Source of the DNA: Phycisphaerae bacterium
Lineage (GTDB): Bacteria > Planctomycetota > Phycisphaerae > UBA1845
Direction of reading: 5' to 3'
Assembly (NCBI GenBank): GCA_020056715.1
Contig: JAGVHG010000073.1
Span: 4,754 to 68,753, forward strand
Length of the DNA stretch: 64,000 nt
The notes beneath the pieces are model-generated. The model saw only the letters and a list, made by a program, of their open reading frames with translations. It searched no databases and was not told the DNA's origin. Positions 43,714 to 52,859 of this stretch are shown one piece after another; positions within the stretch are counted from its first letter, which is position 1, and each line of letters opens with the position of its first letter. Made by a program: the position numbers and the translations under genes.

Positions 43714-46359
43714 GTGACCACCCGTTCCGATCCCGCCTTGGACACAATCCTTGAAGACTTTCTGACCCGTCGCGAGGACAACCAGACGCCGGCTCCGGAA
43801 GAGTATCTCGCACGCCACCCGGAATTCGCCGAGGAACTCGGCCAGTTCTTCAGCGATCTAGAATTTGTCGATACAAAGCTCGCTGACCAACGGGGAACAT
43901 TCCCTGCCCTTAGCCTGCCGGACATCGGCCTGCCAGACATCGGCCTGGATCGACCGGATGGGAACGCAACAAACGGCGGCCGTGTGGTGCGAGATTGGAA
44001 TCTCGCACCAGCTACAGATGGCAGCGCCGGATCGACCACGCAACTCCCCGCGATCGGACGATTCAAAGTCCTGGAGGAACTCGGCAGCGGCAGCCAAGGC
44101 GTCGTCTACAAGGCGGAACAGCTTGGCACCAAGCGGATCGTAGCGCTCAAGATCATTCGGGAAGGCGCGTTTGCATCGGCGGTGGAACGCCGCCGCTTTG
44201 AAAACGAAGTACAACTCTCTTCGCAGCTTAAACACCCCAACATCGTCGCAATCTTCGAGTGCGGGCGAGACCAAGGACGGGATTTCTTCGCCATGGAGTA
44301 CGTGGAGGGAGTCCCGCTCGACGTTTACTTGAGTTCCCGCACGCTTTCCGTCGACGAGACGATCCAGCTTCTGTTGCAGGTCTGCGACGGCGTGAACTAC
44401 GCCCACCAGCACGGGATCATTCACCGGGACCTGAAACCGACCAATGTTATCGTGGATTCTCACGGGAAGGCCCATATCCTCGATTTTGGACTAGCGAAAC
44501 GAATCGTGGATGAAGAGTCGGTCCCCGCGGCCAGGGTGACACAGGTCGGCATGTTCGCGGGGACGTGGCACTATGCCTCTCCGGAACAGGTCCGTCGTGA
44601 CGCCGGTCTTCTTGACGTCCGCAGCGATGTCTATGCGCTCGGCGTGATCTTCTACGAGGCACTGACCGACGCCTACCCCTATCCCATCGACGGAGAGTCC
44701 AGGGCCAAGATCGCTGAACACATTCTTGAGACCGTCCCTCTTCGCCCATCGGCGATTCGGGCGGACATCGACGACGATGTGGACACGATCGTTCTCCGTG
44801 CGCTTCAGAAGGATCCGGCCCGCCGGTATCAGTCGGCCGCGGCGTTCGGAGAGGATCTTCGCCGGTATCTCGCGGGCGAAGCGATCGAGGCCAAGCGCGA
44901 CAGCCATTGGTATATCCTTCGGATGACCCTACGCCGCTACCGATGGCAGGCAACGGCAGCTCTGGTGGGGGTCGCGGTGCTGGTGTCGTTCGCGGTGACG
45001 GTCACGATACTCTATGCGGACGCCACGGCGGCACGAGCCACTACGGAGGTTCGCTCGGAACTGGTACGCAGCAGCCAACAGTATCTTGTAGAAAAACTCG
45101 ATGACCTGCATCGGTTATCGAACGCCGTCCGGGAAATACGAGAAACAGACCGATTACATCCGGCCGTTCAGCGGCTGCAAAAGCCGCTCCAAACGGCCCC
45201 GGCACAACTCCTGCTTGAGGCCTCTAAGAATATCCCTAACACCATCGACAAGATGATGCATCTCGCGGATACCCCGGATTTTGCCGATGGCAAGGCGTGG
45301 CTGAACGCCAAGCGACGCCGGCTAGAAGAAATCGAGTCGGCCACACTGAGCTTTCGGTTTGAATTCCCGACCATGGACGATGCGGCGGATGCTGATTGGA
45401 TCATCTTCGGACTTCCGATGCACGTTGGCGAAGCCGAACAAGTCTCGAAGGCCCTTGTTGCCTTAGCTCTGTTGGACTTTCATGATGGAAACGACGATTC
45501 CGCGATCCGAAACCTGAGTGCCGCCCGATCCCTTGCCCTCGATTTGGGCGACGGTCGAACCTTGATCCCTATTGATTCCTCGATCGCCACACGAATGCGC
45601 ACTTATGAAGCGTTGTTATACATCCTCGAAGCATCCGCGACACAGGGTACACGCGGGGAGGCGTACATCGCGTTTGCAATGTCGGACCCTCCGCTAGCAA
45701 GTTACAAAGAGGTCTTAATCACCGAGCGACTCAAGCTTTCACAACTGGTCGAAGGGGCTACACGCGCGGGGCGATTGGGCGGATCGCGATACTTGGACTT
45801 GGACGCGCTAGAAACAAGATTCCCGGGCCTTTACGAAAGCCTCGGTCCGGGGCCGGATGGGAGGCCAAGGCATGTCCTCGACGTTTCCGTTGAGGAGCTA
45901 AGCGAGGCCATCGAGCGCTTCGCGCACGAAGCCCAGTCTTGGGAAAACCTCCCACTCCGCGAGGTTGCCGGACGCCAGACCGCGCTCCACGCGACTCTTG
46001 CCAGCCACGATTCAACAAGGGTTCTCACGCCGTTGCTGCCGAACCTACGGCCTTGCCTGGTGATGCGGGCGCGTGTTGACGCGATGCGTTCTGCAACGCT
46101 ACTCGCGGCGTATGTTTGTCGCTATCACCTTGATCGCGGCGAATGGCCGGAGCGCTTGTCGGACGCGGTTCCACAAGACACATCTATGACTACCATCGAT
46201 CCGTACACCGGCGTTGAATTCGGATATCGGATCGTGAACGGTAATCCCGTCCTAAATTCGATCAGCGATGACGGCCATGACAGTCACGGCCGGCCCGCGG
46301 CATGGGGACAGCCGACGACGGAGGTCGTCTTTTTCTCGGTTAATCGTCCCAACGGTTGA
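43714..46359 (+). CDS. Ser/Thr protein kinase with TM segment and large uncharacterised C-terminal domain
   Basis: GSGSQGVVYKA..VALKII, HRDLKPTNVIV, DFGLAK and APE-like SPEQ. TM ATAALVGVAVLVSFAVTVTILY. GTG 43714 lies 3 nt after the sigma gene stop. Confidence 0.93.
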   Translation: MTTRSDPALDTILEDFLTRREDNQTPAPEEYLARHPEFAEELGQFFSDLEFVDTKLADQRGTFPALSLPDIGLPDIGLDRPDGNATNGGRVVRDWNLAPATDGSAGSTTQLPAIGRFKVLEELGSGSQGVVYKAEQLGTKRIVALKIIREGAFASAVERRRFENEVQLSSQLKHPNIVAIFECGRDQGRDFFAMEYVEGVPLDVYLSSRTLSVDETIQLLLQVCDGVNYAHQHGIIHRDLKPTNVIVDSHGKAHILDFGLAKRIVDEESVPAARVTQVGMFAGTWHYASPEQVRRDAGLLDVRSDVYALGVIFYEALTDAYPYPIDGESRAKIAEHILETVPLRPSAIRADIDDDVDTIVLRALQKDPARRYQSAAAFGEDLRRYLAGEAIEAKRDSHWYILRMTLRRYRWQATAALVGVAVLVSFAVTVTILYADATAARATTEVRSELVRSSQQYLVEKLDDLHRLSNAVREIRETDRLHPAVQRLQKPLQTAPAQLLLEASKNIPNTIDKMMHLADTPDFADGKAWLNAKRRRLEEIESATLSFRFEFPTMDDAADADWIIFGLPMHVGEAEQVSKALVALALLDFHDGNDDSAIRNLSAARSLALDLGDGRTLIPIDSSIATRMRTYEALLYILEASATQGTRGEAYIAFAMSDPPLASYKEVLITERLKLSQLVEGATRAGRLGGSRYLDLDALETRFPGLYESLGPGPDGRPRHVLDVSVEELSEAIERFAHEAQSWENLPLREVAGRQTALHATLASHDSTRVLTPLLPNLRPCLVMRARVDAMRSATLLAAYVCRYHLDRGEWPERLSDAVPQDTSMTTIDPYTGVEFGYRIVNGNPVLNSISDDGHDSHGRPAAWGQPTTEVVFFSVNRPNG

Positions 46360-46439
46360 ATCTTCGACCCCGGACAAGCGGAGTCCGGACGAGGGCATTC
46401 GGACTCCGCTCAGCAGGATTGAAAAGAGCGATCGCTTCC

Positions 46440-46814
46440 TCACATCGGCTGATTGCACGGGCAGGATGTCGGTGTGCTACCCGATGGGCAACCGGAACCG
46501 GCCCACACTGAGCAGCTTCCGGCCGAACCCACGCAGCAATGGAGGTTCGATATGCTTCCCATACCATCCCGAACCTCGTCCCACGCGGAATAGGCGGGCG
46601 TCGCCTCTTGTTCGTCCCCATGGGCGAGGTCGCCCTCGGAATACGTTGGTTCACCGTACGTGACGTATGAGACGCCCACATCGCTCGGACTCGCGACTGC
46701 GCGGCTGGATTGCGACGAAGCCGTGAGAGTGAGAAGGCTCCCGATTCCCAGCAGGGCGGCCGTACCGAATACAATTCGATGAACCGGCCTAGATAGTGTG
46801 GATAGTGATCTCAT
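46440..46814 (-). CDS. small secreted protein with Cys-rich C-terminus
   Basis: AAGGAG lies 7 nt before the ATG. Signal MRSLSTLSRPVHRIVFGTAALLGIGSLLTLTASS. C-terminus NLHCCVGSAGSCSVWAGSGCPSGSTPTSCPCNQPM. Confidence 0.55.
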   Translation of the reverse strand: MRSLSTLSRPVHRIVFGTAALLGIGSLLTLTASSQSSRAVASPSDVGVSYVTYGEPTYSEGDLAHGDEQEATPAYSAWDEVRDGMGSISNLHCCVGSAGSCSVWAGSGCPSGSTPTSCPCNQPM

Positions 46815-47522
46815 GGTAAGTCTCCTTTTTGTCTAAAAGCGCGCACTCCCCGCGGTGCGAGCGACATCCGCTCGCACGAAACGCGGATCGTGCGACTCCG
46901 TTGAGCTAACGATCAGATCGAACCGACGGCGACGGGGCTCCGTGGTTCTTTCCCCATGACCGAACACCAACGTCCCCTCTGTCGGCGTTCGAGGATCGTT
47001 GCGCCGGAGCCAATAGGCGGCACATCAAGCAACCCTCCTTGGTTTGAATTCGATGGGCCTAACCGGCTGAATCGACTCTATTAGTTCTATGGCGAATTGA
47101 GGGCTGGTATTCACGCGCAAAATTGGAAAAAAGCGAAATTTTATTGCACGGAGTGCTATTTTCGAGCGCGACGCCCTTCCAACCCACCGGAAGATTCTTC
47201 GCTGCGCTCAGAATGACACCCCTGGGCATTCGAAGGGGGGGACGTTTAGGCGCCCGGCTCTATTCCGATTCGATGGTGGCCGGGGGTTTGGAAGAAAGGT
47301 CGTAGACGACGCGGTTTACGCCCCTCAATTCATTGATGATCCGGTTTGGGATGCGATCGGCCTTGTATCCGGTTTCTGTTCGCCGAGTCCGAGTTTTGGG
47401 CTACAGCTCCCTTCAGATTCCACCTCGCGAAGGACACCCTGGCCTGCCCTGGAGGTTCCGACCATCGCGGCCCGCAAAGGAATCGCACCTCCAACACGCA
47501 TCACATGCCTGGCAAACAAAGA

Positions 47523-47552
47523 GGAACCCGGGCTCGCCGAAACCCGGGTTCC
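47523..47552. other. perfect 10-bp hairpin in a long non-coding region
   Basis: GGAACCCGGG-CTCGCCGAAA-CCCGGGTTCC. Confidence 0.5.
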
Positions 47553-47670
47553 CTAGGTAAGGCCGTCCTTCCTTTCAGAAGGTAACGCCGGCCTTATGTC
47601 CGGCCTATCGACACGCCGTACGCGAGGCTTGAGAACGTTAGGTCCCTCGCAATCCGTGCGATGATCGTTC

Positions 47671-47696
47671 GCCCCAACGCTCAAGGGCGTTGGGGC
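47671..47696. other. perfect 10-bp hairpin 44 nt upstream of cdsA
   Basis: GCCCCAACGC-TCAAGG-GCGTTGGGGC. Could be a terminator of an unannotated upstream transcript or a 5' UTR structure. Confidence 0.5.
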
Positions 47697-47739
47697 TGAC
47701 TTGTTGCGTCGCGAACCGCGAAGGGGTAGGAACTCGCCC

Positions 47740-48741
47740 ATGACTCAGCGGGTGGCCTACGGGGTACTAGCGATCGCGGTGCTGGTTCTGCTGTTCATGC
47801 AGGACGCGGTGATCGCCAAGCAGTCGATCGAGTTGAGCGGCCCGCTCGGCGATCTCCTTCGTCGCGGCAGCCTCATTCCCCTGCTGTTCATCGTGGTTCT
47901 TTTGCGAGCCGCGGTGGAACTCGACCGCATCATCCGGGCCAAGGACGTTAGGCCCCACTCCGCTTTCGCGTACCTGATGATCTTGGTCCTTCTTCTGACG
48001 CCGTGGTTTTCGGCAGCGGGATGGCTTGGAGCGGACGTCCGCGACCAAGAGGGTCTATTCTGGCAGCTAGTTGCCTTGATGGTAACGGTCATCGGCGCCG
48101 GAGTGCTGTGCGTTTTCCGCGGACATCCTCGAGGCGCGATACCCGACATGGCGGCCACGTTGTTGATGGTCTTTTATGTAGGGTTCTTAGGCTCTTTCGG
48201 ACTACAGCTTCGCTGTGGGCGGGACATTCCAGGCCAGGAAGGGGCGTGGCTGCTCTTGATCACGCTTTTGGTCACTAAAGCCTCCGACATCGGGGCCTAT
48301 TTCGTGGGTACGGCGACGGGGCGGCACAAACTGATCCCCGGAATCAGCCCTGCAAAGTCTGTTGAAGGCGCAATCGGCGGGCTGCTGGCGAGCGCGCTCG
48401 TTGCGATGCTCTTCGCCTCGGCGGATGCAATTCACGGACTACTAGGGTCGAGTGAGAGTGTCTTCGCCGCGATGCTCCGCGATGTCATTCGTTCATTCAG
48501 TGTTCGCAATGACCCGATCGGCATGTCACCCGTCGTTCGGGCGCTGCTCTTTGGGCTTGCCCTCTCCGCGGCCGGGCAAATCGGCGATCTTGTCGAATCA
48601 TGCTTTAAACGCGACAGTGGTGTTAAAGATTCCAGCAACTTGATTCCACGGTACGGTGGTATACTGGACATGATCGACAGCCCGGTGTTCGCGATGCCGG
48701 TGGCTTGGTTCCTGATGACAGCGGTTTGGAATGTCGTGTGA
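47740..48741 (+). CDS. cdsA: phosphatidate cytidylyltransferase (CDP-diglyceride synthase)
   Basis: Polytopic membrane protein. SDIGAYFVGTATGRHKL..SPAKSVEG and the C-terminal signature region SCFKRDSGVKDSSNLIPRYGGILDMIDS. Confidence 0.88.
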   Translation: MTQRVAYGVLAIAVLVLLFMQDAVIAKQSIELSGPLGDLLRRGSLIPLLFIVVLLRAAVELDRIIRAKDVRPHSAFAYLMILVLLLTPWFSAAGWLGADVRDQEGLFWQLVALMVTVIGAGVLCVFRGHPRGAIPDMAATLLMVFYVGFLGSFGLQLRCGRDIPGQEGAWLLLITLLVTKASDIGAYFVGTATGRHKLIPGISPAKSVEGAIGGLLASALVAMLFASADAIHGLLGSSESVFAAMLRDVIRSFSVRNDPIGMSPVVRALLFGLALSAAGQIGDLVESCFKRDSGVKDSSNLIPRYGGILDMIDSPVFAMPVAWFLMTAVWNVV

Positions 48742-48841
48742 CTATGGGCTAGACTGTTAGGATTGCGAGCTACTGCTCCAGGCGGGTATTACGCGTCGAG
48801 GGACGTTGTTCCCGAGACCGCCTGGAGGAACGTGAGACCCG

Positions 48842-49789
48842 TTGGAACTTACCATACCCATCGAGGATCCGTCGCGGCGCGGAGCGCTGTATGGAACCGG
48901 CGATCGCAACCTCCGCCTGATCCGCGCAGCCTTCGACGTTCGCATCAGCGCCCGCGAAAATGTAGTACACATCGGCGGGGCGGATGAAGCCGTGCGCAAG
49001 GCGTCCTGCGTCATTGAGGATATCCAACGATTCCTACGAGACCACGAGGACGTAAGCGACGAGTGGGTGCAGGACTCCATCGATCAGGCGGGCATGGACG
49101 GCAAGGCCGGATCGGGCGCGCCGATCGATGTGTTCCTGTCCGCCACGACCATCACGCCAAAGGGCGAGGGCCAACGGCAATACGTCGAAGCGATCCTCAA
49201 ACACGATCTGACCTTCTGCCTAGGTCCGGCCGGTACAGGGAAAACGTTCCTCGCCGTCGCGGTTTCGATAACGCTCCTTAAGCAGCACAAGATCAAGCGG
49301 ATCGTGCTCGCCCGACCGGCGGTGGAGGCCGGGGAAAAATTGGGATATTTGCCCGGCGATCTTCAAGCGAAGGTCAACCCGTATTTACGCCCTTTGTTCG
49401 ATGCCATGCACGACATGATGCCGTTCGACCAGATTCGGCGCTTTCTGCAAAATGACGTGATCGAGGTAATCCCCCTGGCGTTCATGCGCGGACGGACACT
49501 CAATCATTCGGCGATCATCCTCGACGAGGCCCAGAACTCGACGGTGTCGCAAATGCTGATGTTCCTCACCCGCCTCGGTCACCACAGCAGGATGGTCGTG
49601 ACCGGTGATGACAGCCAAAGCGACCTTCCGAACAGCGAATCGAGCGGATTGATCGACGCGGTGCGGCGGCTGGAGACGGTGGAGGGAGTGGCCACCGTGC
49701 GGTTGACCAAGGGTGACATCGTTCGGCATCCGCTGGTTCAGGACGTGGTCGAGAGGTACAGCCGCGTGGATCGCAACGTCCGAGAATAA
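48842..49789 (+). CDS. phoH: PhoH-family ATPase
   Basis: Walker A GPAGTGKTFLAVA, ARPAVEAGEKLGYLPGDLQAKVNPYLRPLFDA, and Walker B IILDEAQN. TTG start per the track. Confidence 0.93.
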   Translation: MELTIPIEDPSRRGALYGTGDRNLRLIRAAFDVRISARENVVHIGGADEAVRKASCVIEDIQRFLRDHEDVSDEWVQDSIDQAGMDGKAGSGAPIDVFLSATTITPKGEGQRQYVEAILKHDLTFCLGPAGTGKTFLAVAVSITLLKQHKIKRIVLARPAVEAGEKLGYLPGDLQAKVNPYLRPLFDAMHDMMPFDQIRRFLQNDVIEVIPLAFMRGRTLNHSAIILDEAQNSTVSQMLMFLTRLGHHSRMVVTGDDSQSDLPNSESSGLIDAVRRLETVEGVATVRLTKGDIVRHPLVQDVVERYSRVDRNVRE

Positions 49790-49896
49790 CAGTATGGTCA
49801 GATTAACGGTGATGCGGTCATCCGATGCCATGTCCCCGCGTTGGCATCGTCCGATAGGGATTAGCTGCGGATAGAATCCTCCGCGGATCGTGCGTA

Positions 49897-52257
49897 ATGT
49901 TTAGACTGACCGCAAAGAATGGGAGTCGCCGTCGGCAACTGCGCGAACAGCGGGTGAAGCCGGGTGGATCGCGGTGGAGCCGTTTATTTCGTCGCATAGT
50001 GAATTGGCCGACAACGGTCGGAGCCGTTTTCATCGTCGCGGCATCGGCCGTCGCCCTGTGGGGTGAAGGCTCTCTGGACTATGTCGTCGGGCAGCGCATC
50101 GAGCAACCCATCTACACCAAGGTCCGGTTTCAAGTTCCGGACATTAAACAGACCACGAATGACCGCAAGGCGGCGCGGGCGAAGACCTCCAGCTTCTACG
50201 CGATGAACGACCCCGCATTGACTTTTGGTCGGATTCGCGCCGACCTAATGCGGCTCTATCAAGTCGCCGCCGACGCGGACACGTTCGAGACCTACTCCAC
50301 GGCGATGGAGGGGTTGAAGTGGCCCGCCGAGCGGGCGGCATACGATCGCCTACGGGCGTTGGTGGACATGCCCGACGACTCGGGACGGGTGCAGTTCCAG
50401 GAATGGATCGACAAACTCCCCCTGGAAAGTCAGTACGTCGTCCGCGGTCTCTCCAAGGAACCCCGCGATCCACCTAGTGCGACGGATTTTATTCTTCTGG
50501 AGACCCGCGGCACGGATAACGAAATCAGCGCGTCGCAGGTCCCCCATTCCGAGCTTGTGCTTCAAGGTAATGACAAGGCCCTGCAGGGCAGTGCGGGCAT
50601 CGTTGCGAGGAGAGTACCGGCCTACGAGCTGCGCCCCGTCGTCGAGGCGATGATCGTATCCGTTTTCCGCGAGCAGCCGACCATCGTCTATGCCCAAGAG
50701 CGGACCGTGGATGCTTTGCAAAAAGCGGAAGAGGCGACGCCCGAGGCGTTGACGACCTATGAGAAAAACCAACCGTATATCAATCCGGGAGAGTTGGGAG
50801 ACGGTGGTTACACCCTGCTGAAGGCGCATCATGCGGCCTATGAAGCGTTCCTTTCCCAGGACACCGCCGAGGCCGCCGTCCTGCGACTGGAACGGTGGCT
50901 GCAGCGCGGCGGTCTGGTCGCGCTGGTCGTCGTCCTATCGGGGGGATTGCTGGTCTATTCACGACTCTATCAACCCTCGATGTTTGAAGTCCGGGCGAAG
51001 ACCCTTGCGTTCGCCGCGGTCATGTTAGGAACGCTCGCGACGGCGCGCTTTCTGGCCATCAAGCTGCCTCATTTCCCGGAGTTGGTCTCCTCGCCGTGTC
51101 TGATTGCGGCGAGCGTCTTGTGCATCGCCTATCCGCGACGTTTCGCGATCGGGGCGATGTGCATCGTTACCGTGTTGGTCGCGACGATCGTACACAACCA
51201 TCTCGCGTTTTTGTTGATGTTGCTGACGGGCGTCGGAGCAACGGTCTATCAACTCGACGAGATCCGTACGCGGACTAAGTTGATCAAGGTGGGGCTGGCG
51301 ACGGCCGGAGCGATCATGCTGGCGTCGGCGGCGGGCGGCTTAATGGAGGGGCAAACGCCGGCATTCGTGTTCCAGCACGCCGTATGGGCTGGATCGTGCG
51401 CCCTGATGTCCGCGTTTGTGGTTTCCGGAGTTCTGCCGTTCATCGAGCGCATCTTCCGCATCGCCACATCACTTACCCTGCTGGAATGGAGAGACCCGAC
51501 CCGTCCGCTCTTACAGCTTTTGGCGCGAGAGGCGCCCGGGACTTACAACCACAGTCTGGTCTTGGGGACACTGGCCGAAGCGGCTTGTGAGCGGCTGGGG
51601 GCCAACGGGCTGCTCGCCCAAGTCGGCGCCCTCTATCACGACGTCGGCAAAATCCATCGGGCCGAGTACTTCATGGAAAATCAGGAGGGGCGAATCAGCC
51701 GCCATGACAATCTCGCCCCGACGATGAGTCTGCTGATTATTCTGGGACACGTGAAGGACGGGTTGGAGCTGGCCAAGCAGTACAAGCTGCCGCCGGTCCT
51801 GCACCAGTTCATCGCCGAGCACCACGGCACGACGGTGGTACGTTACTTCCACCACGTCGCCGCCGAAAAACAACCGCATGTCGCCAGCGGGCGTCATGAC
51901 CGCGAGGTGTCGGAGGCGGATTTCCGCTACCCGGGGCCAAAGCCTCGTGCCAAGGAGGCGGCGGTGTTGATGCTCTGCGACGGCGTGGAGGGGGCCGTGC
52001 GGGCGCTTAGCGAGCCGACGGTCGGGCGTATCGAGAGCACCGTACACGAAACAGTGATGGACCGTCTCAACGACGGTCAGTTCGACGATTGCGACATTAC
52101 CCTGCGCGAGATTCACCAGGTCGAGGATTCTCTGGTCAAGACGCTGTGCGGCATCTACCATGGACGGGTCGCCTATCCCAAGGCCCGAAAACCCCGCGAG
52201 GGTGAACGCGACCAAGGCGGTAACGTGAACATGCCGGCAGCGAGGATTAGCGTCTGA
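49897..52257 (+). CDS. 7TM-receptor HD/HDIG phosphohydrolase (PgpH/YqfF-like)
   Basis: Extracellular N-domain, 7 TM helices, then the HD domain HSLVLGTLAEA..GALYHDVGK..GHVKDG..FIAEHHGT. Conserved position between phoH and ybeY. Confidence 0.9.
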   Translation: MFRLTAKNGSRRRQLREQRVKPGGSRWSRLFRRIVNWPTTVGAVFIVAASAVALWGEGSLDYVVGQRIEQPIYTKVRFQVPDIKQTTNDRKAARAKTSSFYAMNDPALTFGRIRADLMRLYQVAADADTFETYSTAMEGLKWPAERAAYDRLRALVDMPDDSGRVQFQEWIDKLPLESQYVVRGLSKEPRDPPSATDFILLETRGTDNEISASQVPHSELVLQGNDKALQGSAGIVARRVPAYELRPVVEAMIVSVFREQPTIVYAQERTVDALQKAEEATPEALTTYEKNQPYINPGELGDGGYTLLKAHHAAYEAFLSQDTAEAAVLRLERWLQRGGLVALVVVLSGGLLVYSRLYQPSMFEVRAKTLAFAAVMLGTLATARFLAIKLPHFPELVSSPCLIAASVLCIAYPRRFAIGAMCIVTVLVATIVHNHLAFLLMLLTGVGATVYQLDEIRTRTKLIKVGLATAGAIMLASAAGGLMEGQTPAFVFQHAVWAGSCALMSAFVVSGVLPFIERIFRIATSLTLLEWRDPTRPLLQLLAREAPGTYNHSLVLGTLAEAACERLGANGLLAQVGALYHDVGKIHRAEYFMENQEGRISRHDNLAPTMSLLIILGHVKDGLELAKQYKLPPVLHQFIAEHHGTTVVRYFHHVAAEKQPHVASGRHDREVSEADFRYPGPKPRAKEAAVLMLCDGVEGAVRALSEPTVGRIESTVHETVMDRLNDGQFDDCDITLREIHQVEDSLVKTLCGIYHGRVAYPKARKPREGERDQGGNVNMPAARISV

Positions 52258-52292
52258 CTCCAGCGGCCTGGGTCGCGGCAGCAGACCGTCGT

Positions 52293-52781
52293 ATGAAAAA
52301 CGCGCCTATCTACGACGTACGTATAGCACTGCGAAGCGGCGAAGTTCCGAAGGTCGAAGCCAAGGTGCGGAAGGCGATTCGTGCGGCGTTGCGCCGACAC
52401 GGGGTGGTCAGGGCGCGAATCAGCGTGGCCCTGGTGAATGACGCCGCTATGGCACGATTGAACCGGGACCACCTCGGGCACAATGGTCCCACGGACGTGC
52501 TCAGCTTCGACCTTCGCGACGAGGCGAGCGAGAAGAAAGCGATCGATGGGGAGATCGTGATGTCGGTGGACATGGCCATGAAACAGGCGCGCGAACGCGG
52601 ACACGCCGTGGAGGCCGAGCTTGCCTTGTACGCGGTGCACGGGACTTTGCACCTCTTGGGATACGACGACCGGCGCAAAGCCGACGCCGCGCGGATGCAC
52701 GCCATGGAGGATGAAGTTTTGTCTTCGATCGGATTCGGGACAGTGTACGCGAAATCGACGGATCAGAATGCTGAATTGTGA
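52293..52781 (+). CDS. ybeY: rRNA maturation endoribonuclease YbeY
   Basis: GPTDVLSF and the zinc motif HGTLHLLGYDD. 162 aa. Confidence 0.93.
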   Translation: MKNAPIYDVRIALRSGEVPKVEAKVRKAIRAALRRHGVVRARISVALVNDAAMARLNRDHLGHNGPTDVLSFDLRDEASEKKAIDGEIVMSVDMAMKQARERGHAVEAELALYAVHGTLHLLGYDDRRKADAARMHAMEDEVLSSIGFGTVYAKSTDQNAEL

Positions 52782-52847
52782 ATGGTGAATGCGGAAACGG
52801 TTATTTGTGGTATTTAGCATTCCGCATTCCGCATTCGTCATTCATTG
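52766..52847. terminator. inverted arrays of GAATGNN / CATTCNN heptads between ybeY and the CBS-domain gene
   Basis: gaatgct-gaattgt-gaatggt-gaatgcg, then a 23-nt loop, then cattccg-cattccg-cattcgt-cattcat. Perfect core pairing GAATGCGGAA (52787-52796) with TTCCGCATTC (52820-52829). Confidence 0.6.
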
Positions 52848-52859
52848 TGAGTTGACCAA

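Noticed and set aside
43915-43944. 15-bp tandem duplication CTGCC(G/A)GACATCGGC x2 (LPDIG-LPDIG) in the kinase N-terminus
   Set aside because: It is real but is an in-frame micro-duplication in a linker region, with no evident functional implication.
47255-47295. tRNA/tmRNA-like 3' end (minus strand ..UUCCAAACCCCCGGCCACCA) and a GAUUCGA motif on the plus strand
   Set aside because: The would-be T-stem 5' strand (CUUUC) cannot pair with CCCCC. No complementary acceptor strand was found within a plausible distance on either strand.
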